This document shows positions 1-16,902 of a DNA stretch of 64,000 nucleotides, one piece after another (the first letter of the stretch is position 1; each line of letters begins with the position of its first letter). The position numbers were made by a program, and so were the translations under genes. The DNA comes from Macrostomum lignano (taxonomy: Eukaryota). Below the pieces are notes generated by a model that worked only from the letters and a program-made list of their open reading frames with translations, had not been told where the DNA came from and searched no databases. The stretch covers positions 207,043-271,042 of the forward strand of contig NIVC01001546.1 in assembly GCA_002269645.1 (NCBI GenBank), written 5' to 3'.

Positions 1-161
1 TCTTTATTCAAACACCTAGCTCCCTCTGTCTTTAAGTGGATTGTGCCAAAAGTCTTCTTTTGTGGCTCTGGAAAAGAAAAAAGGAAGGCACGGCAGAGAT
101 AGGTTAGCTTAATACGAAGGCTAGATAAGGGTCAGAGAGGGTGAATGGGGCCGTTTGGAGA

Positions 162-660
162 CTAGAGAGAGATCAGGGAGGGCAGAGAGAGATCAGGGAG
201 GGCAGAGAGAGATCAGGGAGGGCAGAGAGAGATCAGGGAGGGCAGAGAGAGATCAGAGAGGGCAGAGAGAGATCAGAGAGGGCAGAGAGAGAGAGATCAG
301 GGAGGGCAGAGAGAGATCAGGGAGGGCAGAGAGAGATCAGGGAGGGCAGAGAGAGATCAGGGAGGGCAGAGAGAGATCAGGGAGGGCAGAGAGAGATCAG
401 GGAGGGCAGAGAGAGATCAGGGAGGGCAGAGAGAGATCAGTGAGGGCAGAGAGAGATCAGGGAGGGCAGAGAGAGATCAGGGAGGGCAGAGAGAGATCAG
501 GGAGGGCAGAGAGAGATCAGGGAGGGCAAAGAGAGATCAGGGAGGGCAGAGAGAGATCAGGGAGGGCAGAGAGAGATCAGGGAGGGTAGAGAGAGATCAG
601 GGAGGGCAGAGAGAGATCAGGGAGGGCAGAGAGAGATCAGGGAGGGCAGAGAGAGATCAC
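162..660. repeat. Minisatellite, 20-bp unit GAGAGAGATCAGGGAGGGCA, about 25 copies
   Basis: Near-perfect tandem unit read directly from the sequence. It accounts for the ORFs at 141 and 155. Confidence 0.95.
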
Positions 661-1033
661 TCATAAAAGCTAAAGCCGCCACAATCCCCGGTGCCCCCCC
701 CCCCTCATAATCCGCACTGGGCAGATTCGTCTTCCATTCGTGACTGAAAAGAATTTTCAGAGTGTCAGGAACTGTGGAATGGCAAGTCAAAAAAAACGAA
801 TGAAACAGTTTTGCCAGTTGGACTTTTTCCCCTGATCGATCGGGCGCTAATTCTTCCCATTTTAAATTCTTCCCCTTGGCCAATTAGAAATTCCTAGGGA
901 GAAATCCCCTTCTGTTTTAAAACCGTAGCGATTCCAGATTTCAGATGAACCCAGACCTTGAAATACAGAAACCTGCTGTATGGCATGTCAAGCACTAAGT
1001 CTGCAAAATAATATTGCACCCGTCTAATGTGTG

Positions 1034-1917
1034 CTGATGATTGGTGCCAGAAATATGGAGATGATGATTATCGGTGTCAGAAATGTGGAGATGATGATTA
1101 TCGGTGTCAGAAATATGGAGATGATGATTATCGGTCTCAGAAATATGGAGATGATGATTATCGGTGTCAGAAATATGGAGATGATGATTATCGGCGTCAG
1201 AAATATGGAGATGATGATTATCGGTGTCAGAAATATTGAGATGATGATTATCGGTGTCAGAAATGTGGAGATGATGATTATCGGTGTCAGAAATGTGGAG
1301 ATGATGATTATCGGTGTCAGAAATATGGAGATGATGGTTATCGATGTCAGAAATGTCAGATAATGATGATTATCGGCGTCAGAAATATGGAGATGATGAT
1401 TATAGGTGTCAGAAATGTCATAGATGATGATTATCGGTGTCAGAAATATGGAGATGATGATTATCGGTGTCAGAAATATGGAGATGATGATTATCGGTGT
1501 CAGAAATATGGAGATGATGATTATCGGTGTCAGAAATATTGAGATGATGATTATCGGTGTCAGAAATGTGGAGATGATGGTTATCGATGTCAGAAATGTC
1601 AGATAATGATGATTATCGGCGTCAGAAATATGGAGATGATGATTATAGGTGTCAGAAATGTCATAGATGATGATTATCGATCTCAGAAATGTCAGATAAT
1701 GATGATTATAGGTGTCAGTAATGTGGAGATGATGATTATCGGTGTCAGAAATGTGGAGATAATGATTATCGGCGTCAGAAATATGGATATGATGATTATC
1801 GGTGTCAAAAATATTGAGATGATGATTATCGGTGTCAGAAATATGGATATGATGATTATCGGTGTCAAAAATATTGAGATGATGATTATCGGTGTCAAAA
1901 ATATTGAGATGATGATT
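1034..1917. repeat. Minisatellite, 30-bp unit GATGATGATTATCGGTGTCAGAAATATGGA, about 29 copies
   Basis: The 60-nt sequence lines repeat in register, with occasional 31-bp variants. Confidence 0.95.
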
Positions 1918-2639
1918 TAACTCTGCCAAAAATTTTTTTCAATGTCCAAGTCAGATATTGGTTGGCGCCAAAAACATTAGGAAGAATAGCGCCAAACAGA
2001 ATGTCATTGGCGCCAACCAATATGTACTTTTATGAACAACAACTCATTGCTGCCTGCGAATCCACGCCTTGGTCCTTGAGGAGTATATTTCTAAGAAAGC
2101 GCTTTCTAAGAATCTCGCTAACCTTAAGCAAAGCTGCGCACGACTACTCCGCAAGGCTACAGAGAACGCGTTGTGACTCCGCTGGAGTGACGGCTTCAGC
2201 CCGCATGGTTGAATGGGAAAAATTTGGCTGCAAAGGTTGCCTGGGTATTGAATGTCTGCGCTGCTCCTTGATGAGGCTGGTGGATGCTGGGTCGGGGGAG
2301 CAGCTTCCGGTTTTCCTCTTGGCTAGGCCCCACACTTCCTATCAGCTCTCGTCACCTCCCAGTCTATCTTCGACCTTGAAGTCTCGTGGAGTGCTTCGCT
2401 TCGCAGCAGCTGTCTCCTTCTCTATTCTAATGACTAACACAGACTTGCACTTTCACTAAGAGAATCAGCAAAGCGGATTATTAAAAAAATCACTTCCGGA
2501 AATCCCAAGCGAGAACTCCGACCCGAGACAAGTACACAAACGCGTGACACTCACGCAGGAGTGCACAGCGGCCCTGACTTTATTTATCGGGCGTTAATTG
2601 CACCTCTGACACCTGACACTGACACCTCTTAAATCTGCA

Positions 2640-3039
2640 TCACATCACTGACAACCCATGCTGCATCAGAAGCTGCTGGAAAATCTCACTGGAACTGGTC
2701 GCCAGCGAGCAGCTAAAATCGTGGCAATTCGATCTTCCATGCCTATTGCTCAACCCACTGAAAATAAGAGATGATTTTTTCTCGCAATTTCCTGTCAAAA
2801 GCCCTACTCGACAACAAAGCCGTCAAGCCCTCAAAAGCATTCGACATGCGACACCACTGTACCCTCAAGCACTCAAAACACATGCGGAGTGCAGACCTAA
2901 TGGATTCCTGACTGAATCCTACTGTGCTAATACACTTCTGACCTCGATTGGTTTGAATCATTTCATCCTAACTGGTCATACCAGGGGTCATGCAGCGCTC
3001 TGTCCCCTGTGCGATAGTCTAGATAAGCAAAAATGCTAA
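2640..3039 (+). mobile_element. Possible decayed 3' end of a non-LTR retrotransposon (RT-RNaseH C-terminal Cys/His region)
   Basis: ORF 2746-3039 contains LKIRDDFFSQF...RQALKSIRH and ILTGHTRGHAALCPLCD. These loosely resemble the RL(R)TGH...CPxC motif at LINE ORF2 ends. Motif resemblance only. Confidence 0.25.
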
Positions 3040-3488
3040 AAATAGTAGAAAATAATGCTGAACTTATAAATATTCAACACTCTCTGACTGTATTTACACA
3101 CTAAAGAAGTTTTTGATCTATGAGCGTCCATGAACTCATCATCATCATCACTCAGCGCTGAGCCGGCTCCGGCATCAGTGTCATCTGTCCCAGCCCAGAA
3201 TGTAAAAATACCCCCCAAAATCCTTAGCAGGAAATGAAGATGAATTTGCGTGGGATCAAAGGGTGCAGGGTCGAAAGGACTGCAGGAGAGGAAGGTGGGT
3301 AGTACGAAGGGGAATTCTGGTCAGAGGAATCAGATCATGACGTTAATAGGTTCGCGGCATCAAGAGGTTGGTTAGCCGTGTGCAGCCTGCTGGCGGGAAC
3401 AGGATGAAGGAATAATCAGCTGGGTGGGATAGTGAAGGACATGAGGCACTGGTAATTATCCGCCTGGCTTCCTGCGCCCACAGGGCCC

Positions 3489-4750
<1,262 letters not shown>

Positions 4751-6599
4751 AAAGAAGTATCAAAGTTTTAATCGAGAAGCCGTTCGCAGCAAATCACTGG
4801 AATTCAACCTTCAATTTGCTATCAAGTGGTGCAGTTGAGGCATAAGTAAGCTGAGCTAGAATAGTGTAGTGGCTGACGCTACTCAGCCAGCCCGCCTGTC
4901 AGCAGCTCAACTTCGCTCCAGCTCCCATGGGATCTCAATGGCCAAGCGGTCGGCAGGGGGGTAGCGGCTGCCAATTAGAGCAGTATTTTTAATCTGCTCT
5001 TCATGAAGAGAAGGGAGAGTGAGAGGACAGAGAATGGGCGAGAATGAGACTTGGCCTCTCGGTGAGAGAGAGTTAAAAAAGTGCAAGCGTGGCAAAAAAT
5101 CAATAGCCCGATTGCTTGGCATGCGGTGTACTGCCAGGCTCATGGAAATTTGCGATTTTTTTCTCTCAGTCAAGTTTCAAACACGACGTAACTACTGTAC
5201 ATGCCAGATTCTTGAGAAACTAACGATAATACCTAATTCTATAGCTAATCATAAATCCAGTACTGACTCCAACCAGTTGCCATCGAACTATATCATAATC
5301 ATAATCATAATCTATCCTAGTTATTCCTAACACTAATCTTTATCTAACTCCAAATCGTATTCCTAATACCAGTCTGGTTCCTAATCCTAATCCCAATATA
5401 GGCTCTGACTTATACCTTATAGTGGCTCATAAAATACTTGTAATTAATATCAAAAGCCAACCATAAATTTTGGTCTTGCCCATAGACATATAGACACTGT
5501 CGGTAAAACTGCAACCAAGTTGATAAGTTTGGCCATAGACATCAGCACTAAGAAGGCTGATCAACTGGCTAATCTCCATTTGCTGCAACAGCAGCCACTC
5601 TCGGCCATAGACAATAAAGTCAATCGAGTTGATAAAATCCCAATCAAGTTGACAGCTCAAGCTTGACAGCAGTTTAAGACGGTCCTGTCTGGCTGAAAGT
5701 CAAAATACAAGCGATTACTGCAGGCGGCTTGTGGACATCCGGGTGCAACACCTTGGGTGACGTCCACCCCCCCCCATTCCCACAACCAGGCACAACCAGT
5801 GCACAGCAGCCCTGACTTTCTATAGTCTGGCATGTACACCCTCTGTGCCTTGGGGGTTGGGCCCTGAATGGCACGACAGCCCACCGGCCAAGCTAGTGTT
5901 TTAGTAGTCCCTGGATCATACCAATCAAATTTCAATTTTTCCCCTGAATAACAAGGAGTCAGATACAAAACTCAGTTTTAGATCTACACTATAATATATA
6001 ATCCTAATCTCTCTTATCGATAAAAAATTCAAGTAAAACTTAAAAATACCAATTGAAGTCGTATTTCTAATTGTGCGTACCTTAGTACTACCGTCACATA
6101 TGCTGGAAAACTGAAGTCCATGAAACAAGGACAACATGCTCTCTGATCGGGCTACATTACTGCTCAATTTATTTCAGCTTGAGCTGAAACCATCTCTCAT
6201 CCATCCCCTTCTCCCTCTTTCTCCATCTCGCGAGACCAGTCAAGCAAACTCTCTGTGCACGCTACAGACACGAACTTTGGAGGTAAATCGAGGAGCCTCT
6301 GAGGGCCCCGGTGCAGTACAACAGGGGAAAATGTTTTTTTTGCATCCCATTTTCCTGGCATTTTTCTGCTCGGCTTCACTCGCTCAGACTTGCTCTTGTT
6401 AAACCGAAAGCAATGGATGCAAATGTCTTTAAGCTGCCGCTTGGCCAAGTGAAAAGCAGGTAAACCCAGTTGGAAAACTGCTCTTTTCTGGGGACAACAC
6501 GACTGCCAAGGCTGTGTTAATAATTCACGATGACTGATAGCCCTGCTGCCATGATGATGCACATGGTGGCCAGTGTGGGAGGAACTGACGCTTCTAGCC

Positions 6600-7120
<521 letters not shown>

Positions 7121-8366
7121 TGTCTATCTGAAAAATTTATTTCTATCAAAAGCTAGACAGCTAGAAGGCACTTCAAGCCTTAGACGTGTTTGCAGCCAAC
7201 TTTGAGGGAATTTCGCTTATTTTCCTGTTCCTAGCAAACAGGAAATCTATTTATGATAACTGAATTGGGGAATGACATTTTGTTGCTCCAAGCTTTCTCG
7301 ATACTTCTCAAACAGGCAGAGAGCTGCTCCAACAGTACTGTACACGATCAGATCTGGTAACGCAATATTTCTACTGCATTTACGAGCTACGCACCTCTCT
7401 GCCTATTTCTATCCCTTTAAAATTGGAATTGCTTTTAACGCTAAAACTGAATGAGAGGATGACTGTTTTAGGAAGAGTATAGCATTAGCTAAGGAGATGA
7501 GATGATATGAGAATTGAAATAATAAGCCAGAGCGTCTGTACTGTACATAACTATGGAATCGAGAGAGGTGACTCTGTCTTGCGCTAAAATTAGAATGTTT
7601 TTTTCAGTTCTTAAGCTCGTAGCTGAAGTGCATTTTTCGCTTTTTTTTCAAATCACGATTCAGTTTGAGGGGAATCAAGGTCAGTAGAGGAGCTAATTTT
7701 GAGTAGGTGAGACTTAACGCTGGAGTCACCTCTTCCGAGCCTGAGCTGATGCAGGCACTTTTACTTCAACGCTGATTTATCTCTAGTAAATTGAAAAGTG
7801 TAATTTTTCACACATTAGCGGCACAAACCCAGTGACCAGACCTTTTGAATTTGTGAAGCAGACGCAGACTCGATGACCCCAGAAGGCATGGTGGAAGCCC
7901 TAATTAAAACAAAATCGAATTATTCTGGCATGTAATTTTTTCACTGTGAATTTTTTTAAATGCCCAAAGCATCTGAACTGTCAGCTGATGCCGACTTGCT
8001 GCTTCAAATTTGCTGGTCAAGAATTGGATTAGGACTAATAGGGAGAAAAATCGAGGATTAAACTCCAGGGAGCCTGTGAGTACAGCTGAAAGTTCAATCA
8101 TTAAATATTTAGCCTACCAGCAATGGTGATGAGCCAATAGGAACAAAAGCGTGAAATGACACAACTGAGAGGAACGGTTTGAGGAAGAGGAATGGAGGAA
8201 GGGCCCCGTGCGGATCCCATAAATGCTGCATGAGGCTCCCATGCATTGCTCTACGAACTACAAGCAGCCCTAGCTCATCACCAGCTGTACAGAATCGACA
8301 GAAAGAATGATGCCCGAAAAATGCAGGGTTAAAAAATGAGTGCACATACATGTAGAGTTACAGTTT

Positions 8367-9099
8367 GTAATATAGCATTTTTCAAGCCAATTGAGCCTAG
8401 GAGCAAGCAATTTAATCCTTAGTGGGAAAATCAACCTATTGAAGACTTGATTTTCATCGTCTATGGCCCGAAAGGGGGTCTATGGAGCAACCAATTTGAG
8501 AATCTGGGCGCGCAATTAATCCTTTTCACAGTGCTCGTATATCCTTCACGAATAACTTCACTGAAAAACGTCTGCAAATAGATGGCATATCAAAAAACGA
8601 TTGACATTAGCACTTTGATTTCAGAGAAACCAATCAAAACAGGCCCGTGATTTCATAGCGACGCCTGATAGAATACACAGCTTTTCTCTTTACGTCCAGC
8701 CATCGCGAAATGTGCTCAGCACTATCACCTCTCTCGATGGCAGCGACAATCAGGTCGTACTTTTCATTGCTTATCTTGCGATAGGGTTCTTGCCCTGCAG
8801 GAATCTGCTCATCCACTGCATCTTGTGCTGTAGCAAAACTTTCGTCACTGCTCTGCTCGCTAAATTATTCGTCTGCCATATCCATGTTTGTCTAATGAAA
8901 TCTGCTGTTTTCTATGGTTTAAGGCTTGCACAACTATGGAAAGGATTGATTGCGCGCCCAGATTCTCAAATTGGTTGCTTCATAGACCCCCCTTTCGGGC
9001 CATAGACGATGAAAAGCAAGTCTTCAATAGGTTGGTTTTCCCACTAAGGATTAAATTGCTTGCTCCTAGGCTCAATTGGCTTGAAAAATGCTATATTAC
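8367..9099 (-). mobile_element. Non-autonomous long-TIR DNA element (Tc1/IS630-like deletion derivative) with an HTH remnant, copy 1
   Basis: Arms 8367-8532 and 8933-9099 are reverse complements (about 166 bp, few mismatches). The internal minus ORF YRKISNEKYDLIVAAIERGDSAEHISRWLDVKRKAVYSIRRRY resembles a transposase N-terminal HTH. Exact termini and TSD are ambiguous. Confidence 0.7.
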
Positions 9100-9869
9100 G
9101 AGTATTACATGCGTTAACCACTGGAAAAGGAATCAATTATTTTAGAGCGGATTTTGCTCGATCGAATTCGTCTATGGCAAAACCTCTTCCGGCGCTATGC
9201 GTTCGCAAGAGATCATACTGAATTTCTAAGAAAATCGAGCGCAGTTTCCTTTTACTAATAGTTGTCGGTTACGCAAATTTTAGTAAATAAAATAACACAT
9301 AGAATTTACCGTTTGCTTCGATGTTGCTTATGTCAATGAAAATTTAACGAATCGACGATAGACGGTTGAAATGAAAAAAAACTGGTCTCAATTGCTTCTA
9401 ACTATTGCTGTCTGTTCGCGCACATTATATATATGGAGAGAGCGGTTGGGACTGTAAAATCCTCCCAGTGATATAGGGCGTAGAAATAGAGTAAGAGATC
9501 CCATAGGAGAAGAGGGGAAAATGGGGCTGGAAGCCAAGGAACGCCATTGGTGGACAATCATAGCGTGTAGGGACTTTACGTCTGGATTTGGAATCCTTTC
9601 CTTCGTTTTAACGGTTCTATACCCTAAATTTTTTTATAACTCAGCACAGACACGAAATAACCCTCAACGAAACTTGTGAATTTTTATCGGAATTCTGCTA
9701 TATAAGTCTTAAAGACACTGTAAAGTGCTTGATGCTTCACAGGTGTAATGCACTTTTAGATGATTGGTCACTTTGTGGTGTCAAATTTGGTCCATATCTT
9801 CCAAGAATTCAACATGTACATGACTAAATTCCTACATTTCCATTATTTTGAGAATCGTGTTGTCAGCCC

Positions 9870-12256
9870 TCATTTTGGCGCTTCAGACACTCATTTTAGC
9901 GCCTCAGGCACTCATTTTAGCGCCTCAGGCACTCATTTTGGCGCCTCAGGCACTCATTTTGGCGCCTCAGGCACTCATTTTGGCGCCTCAGGCACTCATT
10001 TTGGCGCCTCAGGCACTCATTTTAGCGCCTCAGGCACTCATTTTAGCGCCTCAGGCAGTCATTTTAGCGCCTCATGCACTCATTTTGGCGCCTCAGGCAC
10101 TCATTTTAGCGCCTCAGGCACTCATTTTAGCGCCTCAGGCACTCATTTTAGCGCCTCAGGCACTCATTTTGGCGCTTTAGGCACTCATTTTAGCGCTACA
10201 GGCACTCATTTTAGCGCCTCAGGCACTCATTTTAGCGCCTCAGGCACTCATTTTGGCGCCTCAGGCACTCATTTTGGCGCCTCAGGCACTCATTTTGGCG
10301 CCTCAGGCACTCATTTTGGCGCCTCAGGCACTCATTTTAGCGCCTCAGGCACTCATTTTAGCGCCTCAGGCAGTCATTTTAGCGCCTCATGCACTCATTT
10401 TGGCGCCTCAGGCACTCATTTTAGCGCCTCAGGCACTCATTTTGGCGCTTTAGGCACTCATTTTAGCGCCGCAGGCACTCATTTTAGCGCCGTAGGCACT
10501 CATTTTAGCGCCTCAGGCACTCATTTTAGCGCCTCATGCACTCATTTTGGCGCCTCAGGCACTCATTTTAGCGCCTCAGGCACTCATTTTAGCGCCTCAG
10601 GCACTCATTTTAGCGCCTCAGGCACTCATTTTGGCGCTTTAGGCACTCATTTTAGCGCTACAGGCACTCATTTTAGCGCCGTAGGCACTCATTTTAGCGC
10701 CTCAGGCACTCATTTTGGCGCTTTAGGCACTCATTTTAGCGCCGCAGGCACTCATTTTAGCGCCTCAGGCACTCATTTTAGCGCCTCAGGCACTCATTTT
10801 AGCGCCTCATGCACTCATTTTGGCACCTCAGGCACTCATTTTAGCGCCTCAGGCACTCATTTTAGCGCCTCAGGCACTCATTTTGGCGCTTTAGGCACTC
10901 ATTTTAGCGCTACAGGCACTCATTTTAGCGCCGTAGGCACTCATTTTGGCGCTTTAGGCACTCATTTTAGCGCTACAGGCACTCATTTTAGCGCCGTAGG
11001 CACTCATTTTAGCGCCGTAGGCACTCATTTTAGCGCCGTAGGCACTCATTTTAGCGCCGCAGGCACTCATTTTAGCGCCGTAGGCACTCATTTTAGCGCC
11101 GCAGGCACTCATTTTAGCGCCGCAGGCACTCATTTTAGCGCCACAGGCACTCATTTTAGCGCCGCAGGCACTCATTTTAGCGCCTCAGGCAGTCATTTTA
11201 GCGCCTCAGGCACTCATTTTAGCGCCTCAGGCAGTCATTTTAGCGCCTCATGCACTCATTTTGGCGCCTCAGGCACTCATTTTAGCGCCTCAGGCACTCA
11301 TTTTAGCGCCTCAGGCACTTATTTTAGCGCCTCAGGCACTCATTTTGGCGCTTTAGGCACTCATTTTAGCGCTACAGGCACTCATTTTAGCGCCGTAGGC
11401 ACTCATTTTAGCGCCTCAGGCACTCATTTTGGCGCTTTAGGCACTCATTTTAGCGCCGCAGGCACTCATTTTAGCGCCGTAGGCACTCATTTTAGCGCCT
11501 CAGGCACTCATTTTAGCGCCTCATGCACTCATTTTGGCACCTCAGGCACTCATTTTAGCGCCGTAGGCACTCATTTTAGCGCCTCAGGCACTCATTTTAG
11601 CGCCTCAGGCACTCATTTTGGCGCTTTAGGCACTCATTTTAGCGCTACAGGCACTCATTTTGGCGCCGTAGGCACTCATTTTAGCGCCTCAGGCACTCAT
11701 TTTGGCGCTTTAGGCACTCATTTTAGCGCCGCAGGCACTCATTTTAGCGCCGTAGGCACTCATTTTAGCGCCTCAGGCACTCATTTTAGCGCCTCATGCA
11801 CTCATTTTGGCACCTCAGGCACTCATTTTAGTGCCTCAGGCACTCATTTTAGCGCCTCAGGCACTCATTTTGGCGCTTTAGGCACTCATTTTAGCGCTAC
11901 AGGCACTCATTTTAGCGCCGTAGGCACTCATTTTGGCGCTTTAGGCACTCATTTTAGCGCTACAGGCACTCATTTTAGCGCCGTAGGCACTCATTTTAGC
12001 GCCGTAGGCACTCATTTTAGCGCCTCAGGCACTCATTTTAGCGCCGTAGGCACTCATTTTAGCGCCGCAGGCACTCATTTTAGCGCCGCAGGCACTCATT
12101 TTAGCGCCACAGGCACTCATTTTAGCGCCGCAGGCACTCATTTTAGCGCCGCAGGCACTCATTTTAGCGCCGCAGGCACTCATTTTAGCGCCGCAGGCAC
12201 TCATTTTAGCGCCGCAGGCACTCATTTTAGCGCCGCAGGCACTCATTTTAGCGCCC
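9870..12256. repeat. Minisatellite, 21-bp unit GGCACTCATTTTAGCGCCTCA, about 113 copies
   Basis: Tandem units with variant types (agc/ggc; tca/gca/gta/tta/aca). It generates the 837-aa GTHFSAS ORF. Confidence 0.97.
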
Positions 12257-12587
12257 TGAAGAAAAATTATTGATTTCCATAACGTTTAAGTTTAGGTTTA
12301 AGTTTCATTAAGTTTCATTTGTAAACATTTTGAAATTTGTGTGTTTTAGGCTACAGCGAACTTCAGAGCCATCAAGGATTCAGTTATCTGCGGTATAGCA
12401 ACCAAAGAGAGGAAAATCCTTTGAAAATTGATCAAACTGTCAGAAACAAAAATGCAGTGAAAAGATTTTGTTCAAAGATCTTTTCTTGCGTTGCTTGTCG
12501 GAAAAAAAGGAAATTGGCAAGTCATGCACATTCTGAACCCTGAGCAGGCCCACGCGCACTCACACTGGGTGCCCAGAGGGCCTGTCC

Positions 12588-12628
<41 letters not shown>

Positions 12629-14483
12629 GGAATTCAACCTTCAATTTGCTATCAAGTGGTGCAGTTGAGGCATAAGTAAGCTGAGCTAGAATAGTGTAGT
12701 GGCTGACGCTACTCAGCCAGCCCGCCTGTCAGCAGCTCAACTTCGCTCCAGCTCCCATGGGATCTCAATGGCCAAGCGGTCGGCAGGGGGGTAGCGGCTG
12801 CCAATTAGAGCAGTATTTTTAATCTGCTCTTCATGAAGAGAAGGGAGAGTGAGAGGACAGAGAATGGGCGAGAATGAGACTTGGCCTCTCGGTGAGAGAG
12901 AGTTAAAAAAGTGCAAGCGTGGCAAAAAATCAATAGCCCGATTGCTTGGCATGCGGTGTACTGCCAGGCTCATGGAAATTTGCGATTTTTTTCTCTCAGT
13001 CAAGTTTCAAACACGACGTAACTACTGTACATGCCAGATTCTTGAGAAACTAACGATAATACCTAATTCTATAGCTAATCATAAATCCAGTACTGACTCC
13101 AACCAGTTGCCATCGAACTATATCATAATCATAATCATAATCTATCCTAGTTATTCCTAACACTAATCTTTATCTAACTCCAAATCGTATTCCTAATACC
13201 AGTCTGGTTCCTAATCCTAATCCCAATATAGGCTCTGACTTATACCTTATAGTGGCTCATAAAATACTTGTAATTAATATCAAAAGCCAACCATAAATTT
13301 TGGTCTTGCCCATAGACATATAGACACTGTCGGTAAAACTGCAACCAAGTTGATAAGTTTGGCCATAGACATCAGCACTAAGAAGGCTGATCAACTGGCT
13401 AATCTCCATTTGCTGCAACAGCAGCCACTCTCGGCCATAGACAATAAAGTCAATCGAGTTGATAAAATCCCAATCAAGTTGACAGCTCAAGCTTGACAGC
13501 AGTTTAAGACGGTCCTGTCTGGCTGAAAGTCAAAATACAAGCGATTACTGCAGGCGGCTTGTGGACATCCGGGTGCAACACCTTGGGTGACGTCCACCCC
13601 CCCCCCATTCCCACAACCAGGCACAACCAGTGCACAGCAGCCCTGACTTTCTATAGTCTGGCATGTACACCCTCTGTGCCTTGGGGGTTGGGCCCTGAAT
13701 GGCACGACAGCCCACCGGCCAAGCTAGTGTTTTAGTAGTCCCTGGATCATACCAATCAAATTTCAATTTTTCCCCTGAATAACAAGGAGTCAGATACAAA
13801 ACTCAGTTTTAGATCTACACTATAATATATAATCCTAATCTCTCTTATCGATAAAAAATTCAAGTAAAACTTAAAAATACCAATTGAAGTCGTATTTCTA
13901 ATTGTGCGTACCTTAGTACTACCGTCACATATGCTGGAAAACTGAAGTCCATGAAACAAGGACAACATGCTCTCTGATCGGGCTACATTACTGCTCAATT
14001 TATTTCAGCTTGAGCTGAAACCATCTCTCATCCATCCCCTTCTCCCTCTTTCTCCATCTCGCGAGACCAGTCAAGCAAACTCTCTGTGCACGCGACAGAC
14101 ACGAACTTTGGAGGTAAATCGAGGAGCCTCTGAGGGCCCCGGTGCAGTACAACAGGGGAAAATGTTTTTTTGCATCCCATTTTCCTGGCATTTTTCTGCT
14201 CGGCTTCACTCGCTCAGACTTGCTCTTGTTAAACCGAAAGCAATGGATGCGAATGTCTTTAAGCTGCCGCTTGGCCAAGTGAAAAGCAGGTAAACCCAGT
14301 TGGAAAACTGCTCTTTTCTGGGGACAACACGACTGCCAAGGCTGTGTTAATAATTCACGATGACTGATAGCCCTGCTGCCATGATGATGCACATGGTGGC
14401 CAGTGTGGGAGGAACTGACGCTTCTAGCCATCCATCTATCTTATATCAATCTATCTATCTATCCATCTATCTATCTATCTAAG

Positions 14484-14767
<284 letters not shown>

Positions 14768-14768
14768 C

Positions 14769-14853
<85 letters not shown>

Positions 14854-16166
14854 CCTATCTATCTATCTATCTATCTATTTATCTATCTATCTTCTTTCTA
14901 TCTATCTATCTATCTATCTATCTATGTGTCTATCTGAAAAATTTATTTCTATCAAAAGCTAGACAGCTAGAAGGCACTTCAAGCCTTAGACGTGTTTGCA
15001 GCCAACTTTGAGGGAATTTCGCTTATTTTCCTGTTCCTAGCAAACAGGAAATCTATTTATGATAACTGAATTGGGGAATGACATTTTGTTGCTCCAAGCT
15101 TTCTCGATACTTCTCAAACAGGCAGAGAGCTGCTCCAACAGTACTGTACACGATCAGATCTGGTAACGCAATATTTCTACTGCATTTACGAGCTACGCAC
15201 CTCTCTGCCTATTTCTATCCCTTTAAAATTGGAATTGCTTTTAACGCTAAAATTGAATGAGAGGATGACTGTTTTAGGAAGAGTATAGCATTAGCTAAGG
15301 AGATGAGATGATATGAGAATTGAAATAATAAGCCAGAGCGTCTGTACTGTACATAAGTATGGAATCGAGAGAGGTGACTCTGTCTTGCGCTAAAATTAGA
15401 ATGTTTTTTCAGTTCTTAAGCTCGTAGCTGAAGTGCATTTTTCGCTTTTTTTTCAAATCACGATTCAGTTTGAGGGGAATCAAGGTCAGTAGAGGAGCTA
15501 ATTTTGAGTAGGTGAGACTTAACGCTGGAGTCACCTCTTGCGAGCCTGAGCTGATGCAGGCACTTTTACTTCAACGCTGATTTATCTCTGGTAATTGAAA
15601 AGTGTAATTTTTCACACATTAGCGGCACAAACCCAGTGACCAGACCTTTTGAATTTGTGAAGCAGACGCAGACTCGATGACCCCAGAAGGCATGGTGGAA
15701 GCCCTAATTAAAACAAAATCGAATTATTCTGGCAATTTTTTCACTGTGAATTTTTTTAAATGCCCAAAGCATCTGAACTGTCAGCTGATGCCGACTTGCT
15801 GCTTCAAATTTGTTGGTCAAGAATTGGATTAGGACTAATAGGGAGAAAAATCGAGGATTAAACTCCAGGGAGCCTGTGAGGACAGCTGAAAGTTCAATCA
15901 TTAAATATTTAGCCTACCAGCAATGGTGATGAGCCAATAGGAACAAAAGCGTGAAATGACACAACTGAGCGGAACGGTTTGAGGAAGAGGAAGGGAGGAA
16001 GGGCCCCGCGCGGATCCCATAAATGCTGCATGAGGCTCCCATGCATTGCTCTACGAACTACAAGCAGCCGTAGCTCATCACCAGCTGTACAGAATCGACA
16101 GAAAGAATGATGCCCGAAAAATGCAGGGTTAAAAAATGAGTGCACATACATGTAGAGTTACAGTTT

Positions 16167-16902
16167 GTAATATAGCATTTTTCAAGCCAATTGAGCCTAG
16201 GAGCAAGCAATTTAATCCTTAGTGGGAAAATCAAGCTATTGAAGACTTGCTTTCATCGTCTATGGCCCGAAAGGGGGTCTATGGAGCAACCAATTTGAGA
16301 ATCTGGGCGCGCAATTAATCCTTTTCACAGTGCTCGTATATCCTTCACGAATAACTTCACTGAAAAACGTCTGCAAATAGATGGCATATCAAAAAACGAT
16401 TGACATTAGCACTTTGATTTCAGAGAAACCAATCAAAACAGGCCCGTGATTTCATAGCGACGCCTGATAGAATACACAGCTTTTCTCTTTACGTCCAGCC
16501 ATCGCGAAATGTGCTCAGCACTATCACCTCTCTCGATGGCAGCGACAATCAGGTCGTACTTTTCATTGCTTATCTTGCGATAGGGTTCTTGCCCTGCAGG
16601 AATCTGCTCATCCACTGCATCTTGTGCTGTAGCAAAACTTTCGTCACTGCATGCTCTGCTCGCTAAATTCTTCGTCTGCCATATCCATGTTTGTCTAATG
16701 AAATCTGCTGTTTTCTATGGTTTAAGGCCTGCACAACTATGGAAAGGATTGATTGCGCGCCCAGATTCTCAAATTGGTTGCTCCATAGACCCCCCTTTCG
16801 GGCCATAGACGATGAAGAGCAAGTCTTCAATAGGTTGGTTTTCCCACTAAGGATTAAATTGCTTGCTCCTAGGCTCAATTGGCTTGAAAAATGCTATATT
16901 AC
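16167..16902 (-). mobile_element. Long-TIR HTH element, copy 2
   Basis: Duplicate of 8367-9099; HTH ORF at 16433-16615. Confidence 0.7.

Noticed and set aside
2040-2460. Gypsy-like pol fragment on the minus strand
   Set aside because: Only a vague HxIP..P resemblance, multiple stops and no catalytic motifs.
9760-12273. 837-aa GTHFSAS-repeat ORF (and its 227-aa copy at 17561)
   Set aside because: A 21-bp unit without stops gives an open frame automatically. Variation hits non-synonymous positions, there is no signal peptide, and the two copies differ five-fold in length. I would reconsider only with transcript or peptide evidence.
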